Origin: Pseudomonas aeruginosa PAO1
GTDB lineage: Bacteria; Pseudomonadota; Gammaproteobacteria; Pseudomonadales; Pseudomonadaceae
DNA length: 64,000 bases
Assembly (NCBI RefSeq): GCF_000006765.1
Contig: NC_002516.2
Direction: 5' to 3' (one strand)
Shown: in pieces, positions 47,866 to 56,155 of the stretch
Position numbering within the stretch: the first letter of the stretch is position 1
Layout of the letters: the number at the start of each line of letters is the position of its first letter
Notes under the pieces: model-generated
Database searches by the model: none
Told to the model about the DNA's origin: nothing
Seen by the model: the letters and a program-made list of their open reading frames with translations, nothing else
Program-made: the position numbers and the translations under genes

Positions 47866-48671
47866 CAGAGCAGGTCTCCGTAACGCTGCTTGCGTTCGTA
47901 GAGTTTTTCCGCCTTGCGTTCCATCCAGGCCAGCAGGCCGGCCTCGTCGCGCAGTATCTCGCGCAACGGCCGGCGGAAATAGGTGCGCAGGAAGCGTAGC
48001 TTGTCGCGACGCGTCAGTCCGATGTCCAGCGCAGAGAAATACAATGCCGCCAGATCCTTGTTACGCCAGCGTTTCGGCGTGGCGTCGCGGGTCTGGGCAC
48101 GGTGCAGATCGATCACCGAGAGGCGGAAATCGTCCGCGCTCACCGGCTTGTCGGTGTGCAACAGGAAATGACAGATGTAGCAGTCGCGATGGTTGACTCC
48201 GGCACGGTGCATGTCGCCGACCATCCGCGCCACCGCCTCGACCAGCGCGCGCTTGAGCCGCGGCGGTGGAGGACGTTCGCGCCAGTCCTGGGAGAACACC
48301 TCGAGGTCCACGGTCGGCGCCAGTTCCTCGGTGACGATGAAGGAATGCTGCCGCGCCGGATCGCTGCCGCGCTCGCCGTAGGCGACCGCGGTCATGGTCG
48401 CTACGCCGGCCTCGTGCAGGCGCCGGATGGCCTGCCACTCCTGGCGCGCGCCGAGCACCGGGAGCTTGGCGGTGAGCAGGTTCTTGGCGATCTCGCCCCA
48501 GCCGATGCCACGGTGGATCTTGACGAAGTAGCCACGCCCGTCGACCTCGGTGCGCAGGGTGCGGCGCCCTTCCAGTTCGCGGTAGACCTTGCCTTGCAGC
48601 GCCTCCACCGCCTCGAACGGGTCGCGCCCGTTCCACAGGCGCTTGAACGGCTCTTCCAGCACCAGCCTCAT
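47865..48671 (-). CDS. waaP: LPS core heptose I kinase (268 aa from MRLVLE)
   Basis: YRELEGRRTLR, YFVKIH, HRDCYICHFLL, VIDLHRAQ, KDLAALYFS. Confidence 0.95.
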   Translation of the reverse strand: MRLVLEEPFKRLWNGRDPFEAVEALQGKVYRELEGRRTLRTEVDGRGYFVKIHRGIGWGEIAKNLLTAKLPVLGARQEWQAIRRLHEAGVATMTAVAYGERGSDPARQHSFIVTEELAPTVDLEVFSQDWRERPPPPRLKRALVEAVARMVGDMHRAGVNHRDCYICHFLLHTDKPVSADDFRLSVIDLHRAQTRDATPKRWRNKDLAALYFSALDIGLTRRDKLRFLRTYFRRPLREILRDEAGLLAWMERKAEKLYERKQRYGDLL

Positions 48672-49789
48672 GAGGCCTCCCCGAGGATCAGGTCGGCGGC
48701 GCGCTGCGGCATGCTGTAGAGGTCGGCGTGATCGGCGTAGGCCAGGCCATTGCGCGACCAGGCGGCGCGCGCCGGAGCGTCCTCCAGCATTTCCGCGAGC
48801 AGGCGGTTGAGACTGTCCTGCTCGAAGGGACTCGGCAGCACCCGCCCGGCGTCGGCCTCGGCGATGTAGTGGGCATAGCCGCAGACATCGGTCACCAACA
48901 CCGGCAGGCCGGAGACCAGCGCCTCCAGCAGCACCGTACCGGTGTTCTCGTTGTAGGCCGGGTGGATCAGCAGGTCGGCGCCGAGCAGGAAGCGCGGGAT
49001 ATCGCTGCGCCCCTTGAGGATCTGTACCTGGTCGTTGAGACCGAGGGCGGCGATCTGTAGCAGGAACGGCTTGGGATCGTCCTGGCCGATGGCGATCAGC
49101 CGGGTACGCCTGCGCAACGCCTTGGGCAGCGCGGACAGCGCCTTCAGGCTGCGATCCAGGCCCTTGGTCTTGAAGCCGGAACCGATCTGCACCAGCAGCA
49201 GGTCGTCCTCCTCCAGGCCGAACTCGCGGCGGAATTCCGCACGCACGTCCGCGGCGTTGGCCGGCGCCCGGCGATCCTGGCTGATCCCCGGCGGCAGCAG
49301 ATGGAAACGCTCGGCCTGGGTGCCGTAGTGCTTGACGAAGAGCGGCTGCTGCACCTCGGAGATCATCAGGATCTCGGTCTTCGAGGCCGGGTCGAACACT
49401 GCCCGTTCGTAGCCGGCGAAGTGGCGGTAGCGGCCCCACTGGCGGTACAGCGGGTTGCGCAAGGTCTGGGCCTTTTCCTCGAAACAGGCGTCGGCGGCGT
49501 AGTAGACATCCAGTCCGGGCATCTTGTTGAAGCCGATCACCCGCTGCACCGGGCGCCTGTCCAGGTCGGCGCGGACCCACGCGGTGAACTTCTCGTTGCG
49601 CCGGTGGTTGAAGATCGAGCGCACCGGGGCCACCAGCACTTCGAAGCCGTCCGGCACGTCGCCCTCCCAGATCAGGGTATAGACGCGGATGTCGTGCCCG
49701 CGCCGCTGGCATTCCAGGGCGATGCGCATGAAGTCACGCTGCAGGCCGCCGAAGGGGAAGTATTTGTAGAGGATGAACGCCAGGGTCAT
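48668..49789 (-). CDS. waaG: Core glycosyltransferase I (373 aa from MTLAFI)
   Basis: YKYFPFGGLQRDF, GFNKMPGLDVYYAAD, IGSGFKTKG, PAYNENTGTVLLEA. Confidence 0.93.
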   Translation of the reverse strand: MTLAFILYKYFPFGGLQRDFMRIALECQRRGHDIRVYTLIWEGDVPDGFEVLVAPVRSIFNHRRNEKFTAWVRADLDRRPVQRVIGFNKMPGLDVYYAADACFEEKAQTLRNPLYRQWGRYRHFAGYERAVFDPASKTEILMISEVQQPLFVKHYGTQAERFHLLPPGISQDRRAPANAADVRAEFRREFGLEEDDLLLVQIGSGFKTKGLDRSLKALSALPKALRRRTRLIAIGQDDPKPFLLQIAALGLNDQVQILKGRSDIPRFLLGADLLIHPAYNENTGTVLLEALVSGLPVLVTDVCGYAHYIAEADAGRVLPSPFEQDSLNRLLAEMLEDAPARAAWSRNGLAYADHADLYSMPQRAADLILGEAS

Positions 49790-50853
49790 CGGAGGGTCTC
49801 CGGGGCCAGCAGCATGGCCTCCAGCTGGGTGGCCACGCGCTGGGGATTCAGCCGGGTGAAGCACAGCGGCTGCTCACGCTTGAGATCGAACAGTTTGCGA
49901 TCCTCTTCGGTCGGCTGGTAGGTACAAGTCTTCTTCAGGCACGGCGCACAGGGGAAGTCGCTGCCCAGGTGGACCTGGGAACGCCCGTAGGCGCCGGTGA
50001 AGCCAGGATTGGTCGGGCCGAACAGCGACAGCGTCGGCACGTCCAGCGCCGCCGCCAGGTGACCGAGGCCGGTATCCACCGCCACGCAGGCGCGCGCGCC
50101 GGCAAGCACCTTGGCCATGCCGGCCAGGGATAATCTGGGGAGTACCGCGGCATTTTCCAACCCCGCCGCCAGGCGCCCGGCCCGCTCCCGCTCGGCGGCG
50201 CTGCCCCAGGGCAGGCGCACCGACCAGCCGCGCTCGCACATGCGCTCGGCCAGTTCGCGCCAGTAGGCTTCCGGCCAATGCTTGGTGACCCAGGTAGTAC
50301 CGTGCAGGAACACCAGGTACGGCGCGCCAGGGTCGGCGTCGGCCAACTGCTCGCGGTCCAGGCCATAGTCACCGACCGACTCGGGCAACGGGTAGTCCAG
50401 CGCCTGGGCGAACAACTGGCGCGTGCGCTCCACCGCATGCTGTCCCCAGGCGACCGGATAGGCACGGCGATAGAAGCGGCTGGCGAGCGGCTCGCGCGCC
50501 GAGTCGCGATCGAGACCGGCGACCGGCGTCTTGCCCACGTAGCGGGTCAGCCAGGCACTCTTCAGCAGCCCCTGGGCGTCGATCACCAGGTCATAGTCGA
50601 CTTCCTTCAGGCGCTGCTTGAAGCGCCGCCATTCGCCGTTGCGCAGGGTCTGCCAGAGGTTCTTGCGCCAGCGCCGGATCGCCACCGGGATCACCCGCGC
50701 CACCGCCGGATGCCAGGCGGGAATCTCGGCGAAACCTTCCTCCACCACCCAGTCGAACTGGATGCCGGGAATCGCCCGGGCGGCGTCGGTAAGCGCCGGC
50801 AGGGTGTGGATCACGTCGCCGAGGGACGAGGTCTTGACCAGCAGCACCCTCAT
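49786..50853 (-). CDS. waaC: Heptosyltransferase I (355 aa from MRVLLV)
   Basis: KTSSLGDVIH, DAQGLLKS, VDTGLGHLAAA, LFGPT. Confidence 0.95.
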   Translation of the reverse strand: MRVLLVKTSSLGDVIHTLPALTDAARAIPGIQFDWVVEEGFAEIPAWHPAVARVIPVAIRRWRKNLWQTLRNGEWRRFKQRLKEVDYDLVIDAQGLLKSAWLTRYVGKTPVAGLDRDSAREPLASRFYRRAYPVAWGQHAVERTRQLFAQALDYPLPESVGDYGLDREQLADADPGAPYLVFLHGTTWVTKHWPEAYWRELAERMCERGWSVRLPWGSAAERERAGRLAAGLENAAVLPRLSLAGMAKVLAGARACVAVDTGLGHLAAALDVPTLSLFGPTNPGFTGAYGRSQVHLGSDFPCAPCLKKTCTYQPTEEDRKLFDLKREQPLCFTRLNPQRVATQLEAMLLAPETLR

Positions 50854-51887
50854 CCGGCGACCTCGGCAGGGTCGCCGACCAGCCGCTCCAGGGCTTGCAA
50901 TACCAGGCCAGGCGGCAGCTCGCGGAGGCAATTGTAGTGGCCGAAGCGACAGGTGCGCTCGAAGCACGGGCTGCACTCGAGACCGAGGCGGACGATCTCC
51001 ACCCGGTCCGCCAGCGGCGGGGTGAACTGCGGCGAGGTGGAGCCATAGACGCCCACCAGCGGGCGATCCAGCGCGGCCGCCACGTGCATCAGGCCGGAAT
51101 CGTTGGACACCACCGCGCCAGCGCAGGACATCAGGTCGATGGCCTCGGCCAGCGAAGTCTCCCCGGCAAGATTGAAGGACTCCTCGCGCAACCCCGGAAT
51201 CAGGCGCTGGCGAATCTCCTCTCCACCGGGATGGTCGTTCTTCGAGCCGAACAGCCAGACCTGCCAGCCGGCACGGATCTTCGCCTCGGCGACCGCGGCG
51301 TAGTGTTCCGCCGGCCAGCGCTTGGCCTCGCCGAACTCGGCGCCGGGACAGAGCGCCAGCACCGGGCGGTCCAGGCTCAGGGCGAACTTGTCGAGCGCCG
51401 CCTGGCGGCTGCCGTCGTCGATCCGCAGGCGCGGCTGCGGATAGGGCTTCGGCAACTCCACGCCCGGCTCGAAGGCCAGGGCCATGAAGCGTTCGATCAT
51501 CAGCGGATAGCGCTGCTTGTCGAGCTTGCGGATGTCATTGAGCAGCCCGTAGCGCATCTCGCCGCGCCAGCCGGTACGCTTCGGTATTCCGGCGAACCAG
51601 GGCACCAGCGCCGACTTCAGCGAGTTGGGCAGCAGGATCGCCTGCTCGTACTGACCGCGCAGGCCGCGTCCGATCCGGCGCCGTGTGGCGACGTCCATCA
51701 CCCCGTGGCCGAGCGGGAAGCTCAGGGCCTGGCGCACCTCGGGCATGCGCTCGAGGATCGGTCGGCTCCACTCGGGCGCCAGCACGTCGATCACGCACTC
51801 GGGATGCCGCTGGCGCAGACACTGGAACAGGGTCTGCGCCATCACCATGTCCCCCACCCAGGAGGGACCTACGATCAGAATTCTCAT
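50850..51887 (-). CDS. waaF: Heptosyltransferase II
   Basis: GPSWVGDMVM, LPNSLKSA, CPGAEFGEAKRWP, NDSGLMHVAAA. Confidence 0.96.
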   Translation of the reverse strand: MRILIVGPSWVGDMVMAQTLFQCLRQRHPECVIDVLAPEWSRPILERMPEVRQALSFPLGHGVMDVATRRRIGRGLRGQYEQAILLPNSLKSALVPWFAGIPKRTGWRGEMRYGLLNDIRKLDKQRYPLMIERFMALAFEPGVELPKPYPQPRLRIDDGSRQAALDKFALSLDRPVLALCPGAEFGEAKRWPAEHYAAVAEAKIRAGWQVWLFGSKNDHPGGEEIRQRLIPGLREESFNLAGETSLAEAIDLMSCAGAVVSNDSGLMHVAAALDRPLVGVYGSTSPQFTPPLADRVEIVRLGLECSPCFERTCRFGHYNCLRELPPGLVLQALERLVGDPAEVAG

Positions 51888-51905
51888 TCAGGCTCCGGAA
51901 ATGAT

Positions 51906-51927
51906 CAGGGAGGCTTTCGCCTCCCTG
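51906..51927 (-). other. Stem-loop between ilvE and waaF
   Basis: Minus strand CAGGGAGGC-gaaa-GCCTCCCTG, 9-bp stem with GNRA loop, weak U tract. Confidence 0.6.
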
Positions 51928-51946
51928 TCACACCCTTCTTCGGTGC

Positions 51947-52870
51947 TTACTTGACCAGGGTACGCCACTCGGCGTGGGCCTCGGTCTTGCCGCTGACCAG
52001 GTCGAAATAGGCTTTCTGCAGCTTTTCGGTGACCGGGCCACGGCGGCCGGCGCCGATCTTGCGACCGTCCACTTCGCGGATCGGCGTGACTTCCGCGGCA
52101 GTGCCAGTGAAGAAGGCCTCGTCGGCGATGTACACCTCGTCGCGGGTGATGCGCTTCTCGACCAGTTTAAAACCGTGTTCGGCGGCCAGGGTCAGGATAG
52201 TGTTACGAGTGATGCCGTTCAGGCAGGCGGTGACTTCCGGGGTGTAGATCACGCCATCCTTGATGATGAAGATGTTCTCGCCGGAGCCTTCGGCCACGTA
52301 GCCTTCCGGATCGAGCATCATGGCCTCGTCGGCGCCGCCGGAGATCGCTTCCTGGAGGGCCAGCATCGAGTTGATGTAGGCGCCGTTGGACTTGGCGCGG
52401 GTCATCGAGATGTTGACGTGGTGGCGGGTGAAGGAACTGGTGCGCACCTTGATGCCTTGCTGCAGGGCTTCCTCGCCCATGTAGGCGCCCCAGCTCCAGG
52501 CGGCGATGATCACATGGACCTTCAGGCCGCTGGCGCGCAGGCCCATGCCTTCGCTTCCGTAGAACACCATCGGGCGGATATAGGCGCTTTCCAGGTTGTT
52601 CTCGCGCACGGCGGCGCGGGTCGCCTCGTTGATCTCGTCGCGGCTGTACGGGATCTGCATGTTCATGATGTGCGCGGAGTCGAACAGCCGGTCGGTATGC
52701 GCCTGCAGGCGGAAGATCGCCGTGCCCTGCGGGGTGTCGTAGGCGCGCACGCCCTCGAACACGCCCATTCCATAGTGCAGGGTATGGGTCAGCACGTGCG
52801 TGGTCGCGTCGCGCCACTGCACCAGTTCACCGTCATACCAGATCACGCCATCACGATCGGCCATCGACAT
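51947..52870 (-). CDS. ilvE: Branched-chain amino acid aminotransferase
   Basis: LHYGMGVFEGVRAY, RAKSNGAY (PLP Lys), EGSGEN, GITR, FTGTAAEVTP. Confidence 0.98.
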   Translation of the reverse strand: MSMADRDGVIWYDGELVQWRDATTHVLTHTLHYGMGVFEGVRAYDTPQGTAIFRLQAHTDRLFDSAHIMNMQIPYSRDEINEATRAAVRENNLESAYIRPMVFYGSEGMGLRASGLKVHVIIAAWSWGAYMGEEALQQGIKVRTSSFTRHHVNISMTRAKSNGAYINSMLALQEAISGGADEAMMLDPEGYVAEGSGENIFIIKDGVIYTPEVTACLNGITRNTILTLAAEHGFKLVEKRITRDEVYIADEAFFTGTAAEVTPIREVDGRKIGAGRRGPVTEKLQKAYFDLVSGKTEAHAEWRTLVK

Positions 52871-52925
52871 AGTTGCCAGCTCCTTCAGATATTCGTTACG
52901 TACTTGCGTTACGTGCCTGAGTGGA

Positions 52926-55874
52926 TCAGCCGAGCCGCAGCTCGCGCCAGATCCTGATCACTTCTCGCCGCTCCGTCTGGAAGTGCTCGCCGCTCACGAC
53001 CCCGGCCTCCTTCTGTAGTGCCAGGCGGTGTGCGGCTGCGCGATAGGCCTTGTAGGCCTCCTGCAGGAGACGGACGTCCTCGCTGGCGATCAGGCCAGCC
53101 CGTTCCAGTCCTTCCAGAATGCGGATGTTATCGGTGAATTCGAGCAGCGCCGGGTGTTCTCCGGACCAAGCTAGAACCGCATATTGCACCATAAATTCGA
53201 TATCGACGATACCACCGGCATCGTGCTTGAGATCGAAGGCTGCCGTGGCCTCGAAGGCATTCGAGGCGGTACCGGCGGCGGTCGCGCGGGTTCCCAGGTT
53301 GTCGCGCATCTTGGCGCGCATTTCGCTGACTTCGGTGCGCAACGCGTCGAGATCGCGCGGCCTCGCCAGCACCTCGGCACGTACCGCCTCGAAGCTCGCC
53401 TGCACCCGCCGGCAACCGGCCAGCACCCGGGCGCGGACCAACGCCTGGTGCTCCCAGGTCCAGGCCTCCTGCTCCTGGTAGCGCTGGAAGGCGCCCAGCG
53501 AACTCACCAGCAGGCCGGCCGCGCCGCTCGGACGCAGGCGCATGTCGACCTCGTAGAGGGTGCCGGATGGCGTCTGCGCGGTGAGGAAATGGATGATCTT
53601 CTGCCCCAGGCGGGTAAAGAACTGCGCGCCATCGATGGATTTGCCGCCATCGGTCTCGCACTGGGGGTCGCCGTCATGGATGAACACCAGGTCGAGGTCC
53701 GAGCCATGGCCGAACTCCAGCCCGCCGACCTTGCCGTAGCCGACGATGACGAAGTCCGGATCGCACGGCGTGCCGTCGGCGCGCAACGGCCGGCCGTGAC
53801 GCTGCACCAACTGCCGCCAGGCCAGTTCGAGGACCTCGACGAGGATCGCCTCGGCCAGCCAGGTCAGGTAGTCGCTGACCTTCATCAACGGCAGCGTGCC
53901 GGCGATCTCCGAGGCCGCCACCCGCAGCCCGTGGGCCAGCTTGAAGTGACGAAGGGTCTCCATCTGCTGCTCGAGGTCGTCCTCGGGAATCCGCATCAGC
54001 CGTTCGCGCAGCTCGGCGGCCAGCTCGGCGGCCTGTGGAGGACGGAACAGGCGCCCCTCGTTGAGCAGCTCGTCGAGCAGAATCGGGAACCGCGCGATCT
54101 GCTCGGCAACCATCGGGCTGGCCGCGCAGAGGGTCAGCAGGCGCTCCAGCGCGCCGGGGTTCTCGGTCAGCAACACCAGGTAGGCGGAACGCCGCGCCAC
54201 CGCTTCCACCAGCGGCAGGACCCGCTCCAGCACCAGGTCCGGCTGGGGGTTTTCCACGGTCATCGCCAGCAGGCGCGGAACGAAGGCATCCAGGCGCTCC
54301 CGGCCGAGACGCTGCATCGCTCGTACCTGGGGGCCGTGGCGCAGATCGCTGAGACGCTTCCAGGCCGCCTCGGCATCGACGAAGCCGGCGTCGGCCAGTT
54401 GCCGGCTGGCCGACTCCTCGTCCAGCGCCTCCTCCCACAGCGGGATCCACTCGGCGCCGACGCTGCCGCAGGCCGCCTCGCCGCTTTCGTCCTCGTCCGG
54501 GTCGGCGATCACCTGGCGGAAGTGCCAGTCGATGCGCGCCCGCCAGTGGCTCAGGCGCTCGTGGAATGCGGCCCAACTGGCGAAGCCCATGATGAAGGCC
54601 ACGCGGATGCGGTCGTATTCGTCGCTGGGCAGCATTTGCGTCTGCCGGTCGGCCAGCGCCTGGATGGCATGCTCGGCGTAGCGCAGGAACTCGTAGCCGC
54701 CGCGCAGCTCCTCGACCACCGCCGGCGGCAGGTAGCCCTGCCCCTCCAGGGTCGCCAGCACCTTCAGCAGCGGCCGTTGCTGCAAGCTCAGGTCGCGCCC
54801 GCCATGGATCAACTGGAAGGCCTGGGCGATGAACTCCACCTCGCGGATACCGCCTTCGCCCAGCTTGATGTTTTCCGACATCCCCTTGCGCCGGACCTCC
54901 TGCTGGATCAGCTGCTTCATGGTGCGCAGCGCCTCGATGGCGGAAAAGTCCAGGTAGCGCCGATAGACGAACGGCCGCAGCATGCCGAGCAGTTGCTCGC
55001 CTGCCTGCTGGTCGCCGCCGACCACCCGCGCCTTGATCATCGCGTAGCGCTCCCAGTCGCGCCCCTGGTCCTGGTAGTACTGCTCCAGCGCGGCGAAGCT
55101 GTAGACCAGCGGTCCGCTGGAGCCGTAGGGACGCAGGCGCATGTCGACGCGGAAGACGAAGCCGTCGACGGTGATCGCATCCAGCGCCTTGATCAGCTTC
55201 TGCCCCAAGCGGGTGAAGAACTCCTGGTTGTCCAGCGAACGCTTCGCCCCCTCGGTCTCGCCGCCCTCCGGGTAACCGAAGATCAGGTCGATGTCCGACG
55301 ACAGGTTGAGTTCCACCGCGCCCAGCTTGCCCATGCCGAGGACCACCATCCGCTGCGGTTCGCCGGAGCGCCGGCCGATCGGCGTGCCGAACTGCTCGCA
55401 CTGGCGCCGATGGAGCCACTCGCAAGCCAGGTCGATGCAGGCGTCGGCCAGGGCCGACAGGTCGCGACAGGTTTCCGCCAGCGCGGCGCGGCGGGTCAGG
55501 TCGCGCCAGATGATGCGCAGTTGCTGGCGTGTGCGGAAACGTCGCAGGCGCCGACCGAGTTCGTCCTCGTCGGCGCAATCCTCCAGCCGCGCCTGCAACT
55601 GACTGCGCAGTTCGCCGGGCGCGTGGGGGTTCTCCAGCTCGCCGCGTTCGGCCAGTTCCAGCAGCATCGCCGAGTCGCGCACTGCCTGCTCGGCGACGAA
55701 ATCGCTGGCCGCGGCGACCCGTCGGAAATCCTCCAGGCGCTCCTCGGGCCAGGCCTCCAGGCGGGCCAGGGCGGCGGCATCGAGGGCGGCGACAGCGGAG
55801 CGGAGGGCAGTCCCGGCGCGTTCGGCGGCGGGCAGCAGGGTGGCCGGCAGATTCGCCAGCGAAGGCAGGCTCAT
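52926..55874 (-). CDS. glnE: Bifunctional glutamine synthetase adenylyltransferase/deadenylase
   Basis: Two nucleotidyltransferase domains: GMGKLGAVELNLSSDIDL and GYGKVGGLEFGHGSDLDL; RVDMRLRP twice. Confidence 0.97.
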   Translation of the reverse strand: MSLPSLANLPATLLPAAERAGTALRSAVAALDAAALARLEAWPEERLEDFRRVAAASDFVAEQAVRDSAMLLELAERGELENPHAPGELRSQLQARLEDCADEDELGRRLRRFRTRQQLRIIWRDLTRRAALAETCRDLSALADACIDLACEWLHRRQCEQFGTPIGRRSGEPQRMVVLGMGKLGAVELNLSSDIDLIFGYPEGGETEGAKRSLDNQEFFTRLGQKLIKALDAITVDGFVFRVDMRLRPYGSSGPLVYSFAALEQYYQDQGRDWERYAMIKARVVGGDQQAGEQLLGMLRPFVYRRYLDFSAIEALRTMKQLIQQEVRRKGMSENIKLGEGGIREVEFIAQAFQLIHGGRDLSLQQRPLLKVLATLEGQGYLPPAVVEELRGGYEFLRYAEHAIQALADRQTQMLPSDEYDRIRVAFIMGFASWAAFHERLSHWRARIDWHFRQVIADPDEDESGEAACGSVGAEWIPLWEEALDEESASRQLADAGFVDAEAAWKRLSDLRHGPQVRAMQRLGRERLDAFVPRLLAMTVENPQPDLVLERVLPLVEAVARRSAYLVLLTENPGALERLLTLCAASPMVAEQIARFPILLDELLNEGRLFRPPQAAELAAELRERLMRIPEDDLEQQMETLRHFKLAHGLRVAASEIAGTLPLMKVSDYLTWLAEAILVEVLELAWRQLVQRHGRPLRADGTPCDPDFVIVGYGKVGGLEFGHGSDLDLVFIHDGDPQCETDGGKSIDGAQFFTRLGQKIIHFLTAQTPSGTLYEVDMRLRPSGAAGLLVSSLGAFQRYQEQEAWTWEHQALVRARVLAGCRRVQASFEAVRAEVLARPRDLDALRTEVSEMRAKMRDNLGTRATAAGTASNAFEATAAFDLKHDAGGIVDIEFMVQYAVLAWSGEHPALLEFTDNIRILEGLERAGLIASEDVRLLQEAYKAYRAAAHRLALQKEAGVVSGEHFQTERREVIRIWRELRLG

Positions 55875-55975
55875 GGTCTATCCTGTTTGGGCTTCCGACC
55901 GAAGACCACAGGCTCGACGCACAACGTCGAAAAGGCTCTACATCGGGCCTTATAGCCTGACAGCGACAATCGAAA

Positions 55976-56042
55976 TGTAGTTTTACTACTAAAAATTGTA
56001 TCCAGAGGGCTGTTTCTCAGACTGATCTGTAGTAAAACTACA
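55976..56042. promoter_or_regulatory. Paired TGTAGT-N3-ACTAC(A) operators upstream of aceE (RccR/HexR-family type)
   Basis: TGTAGTTTTACTAC 55976-55989 and its exact reverse complement GTAGTAAAACTACA 56029-56042; each copy is itself a near-palindrome. Confidence 0.75.
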
Positions 56043-56155
56043 AGTCGCCGGGTACACCCCCGGAGAACATCCAAGAATTAGCTGCGGTCGCCCACGAGGC
56101 CGGCCGCTCACCTATGGCATCCGATTCTGGAAGCCTTTCCGCCCTGGAGCAAGCC

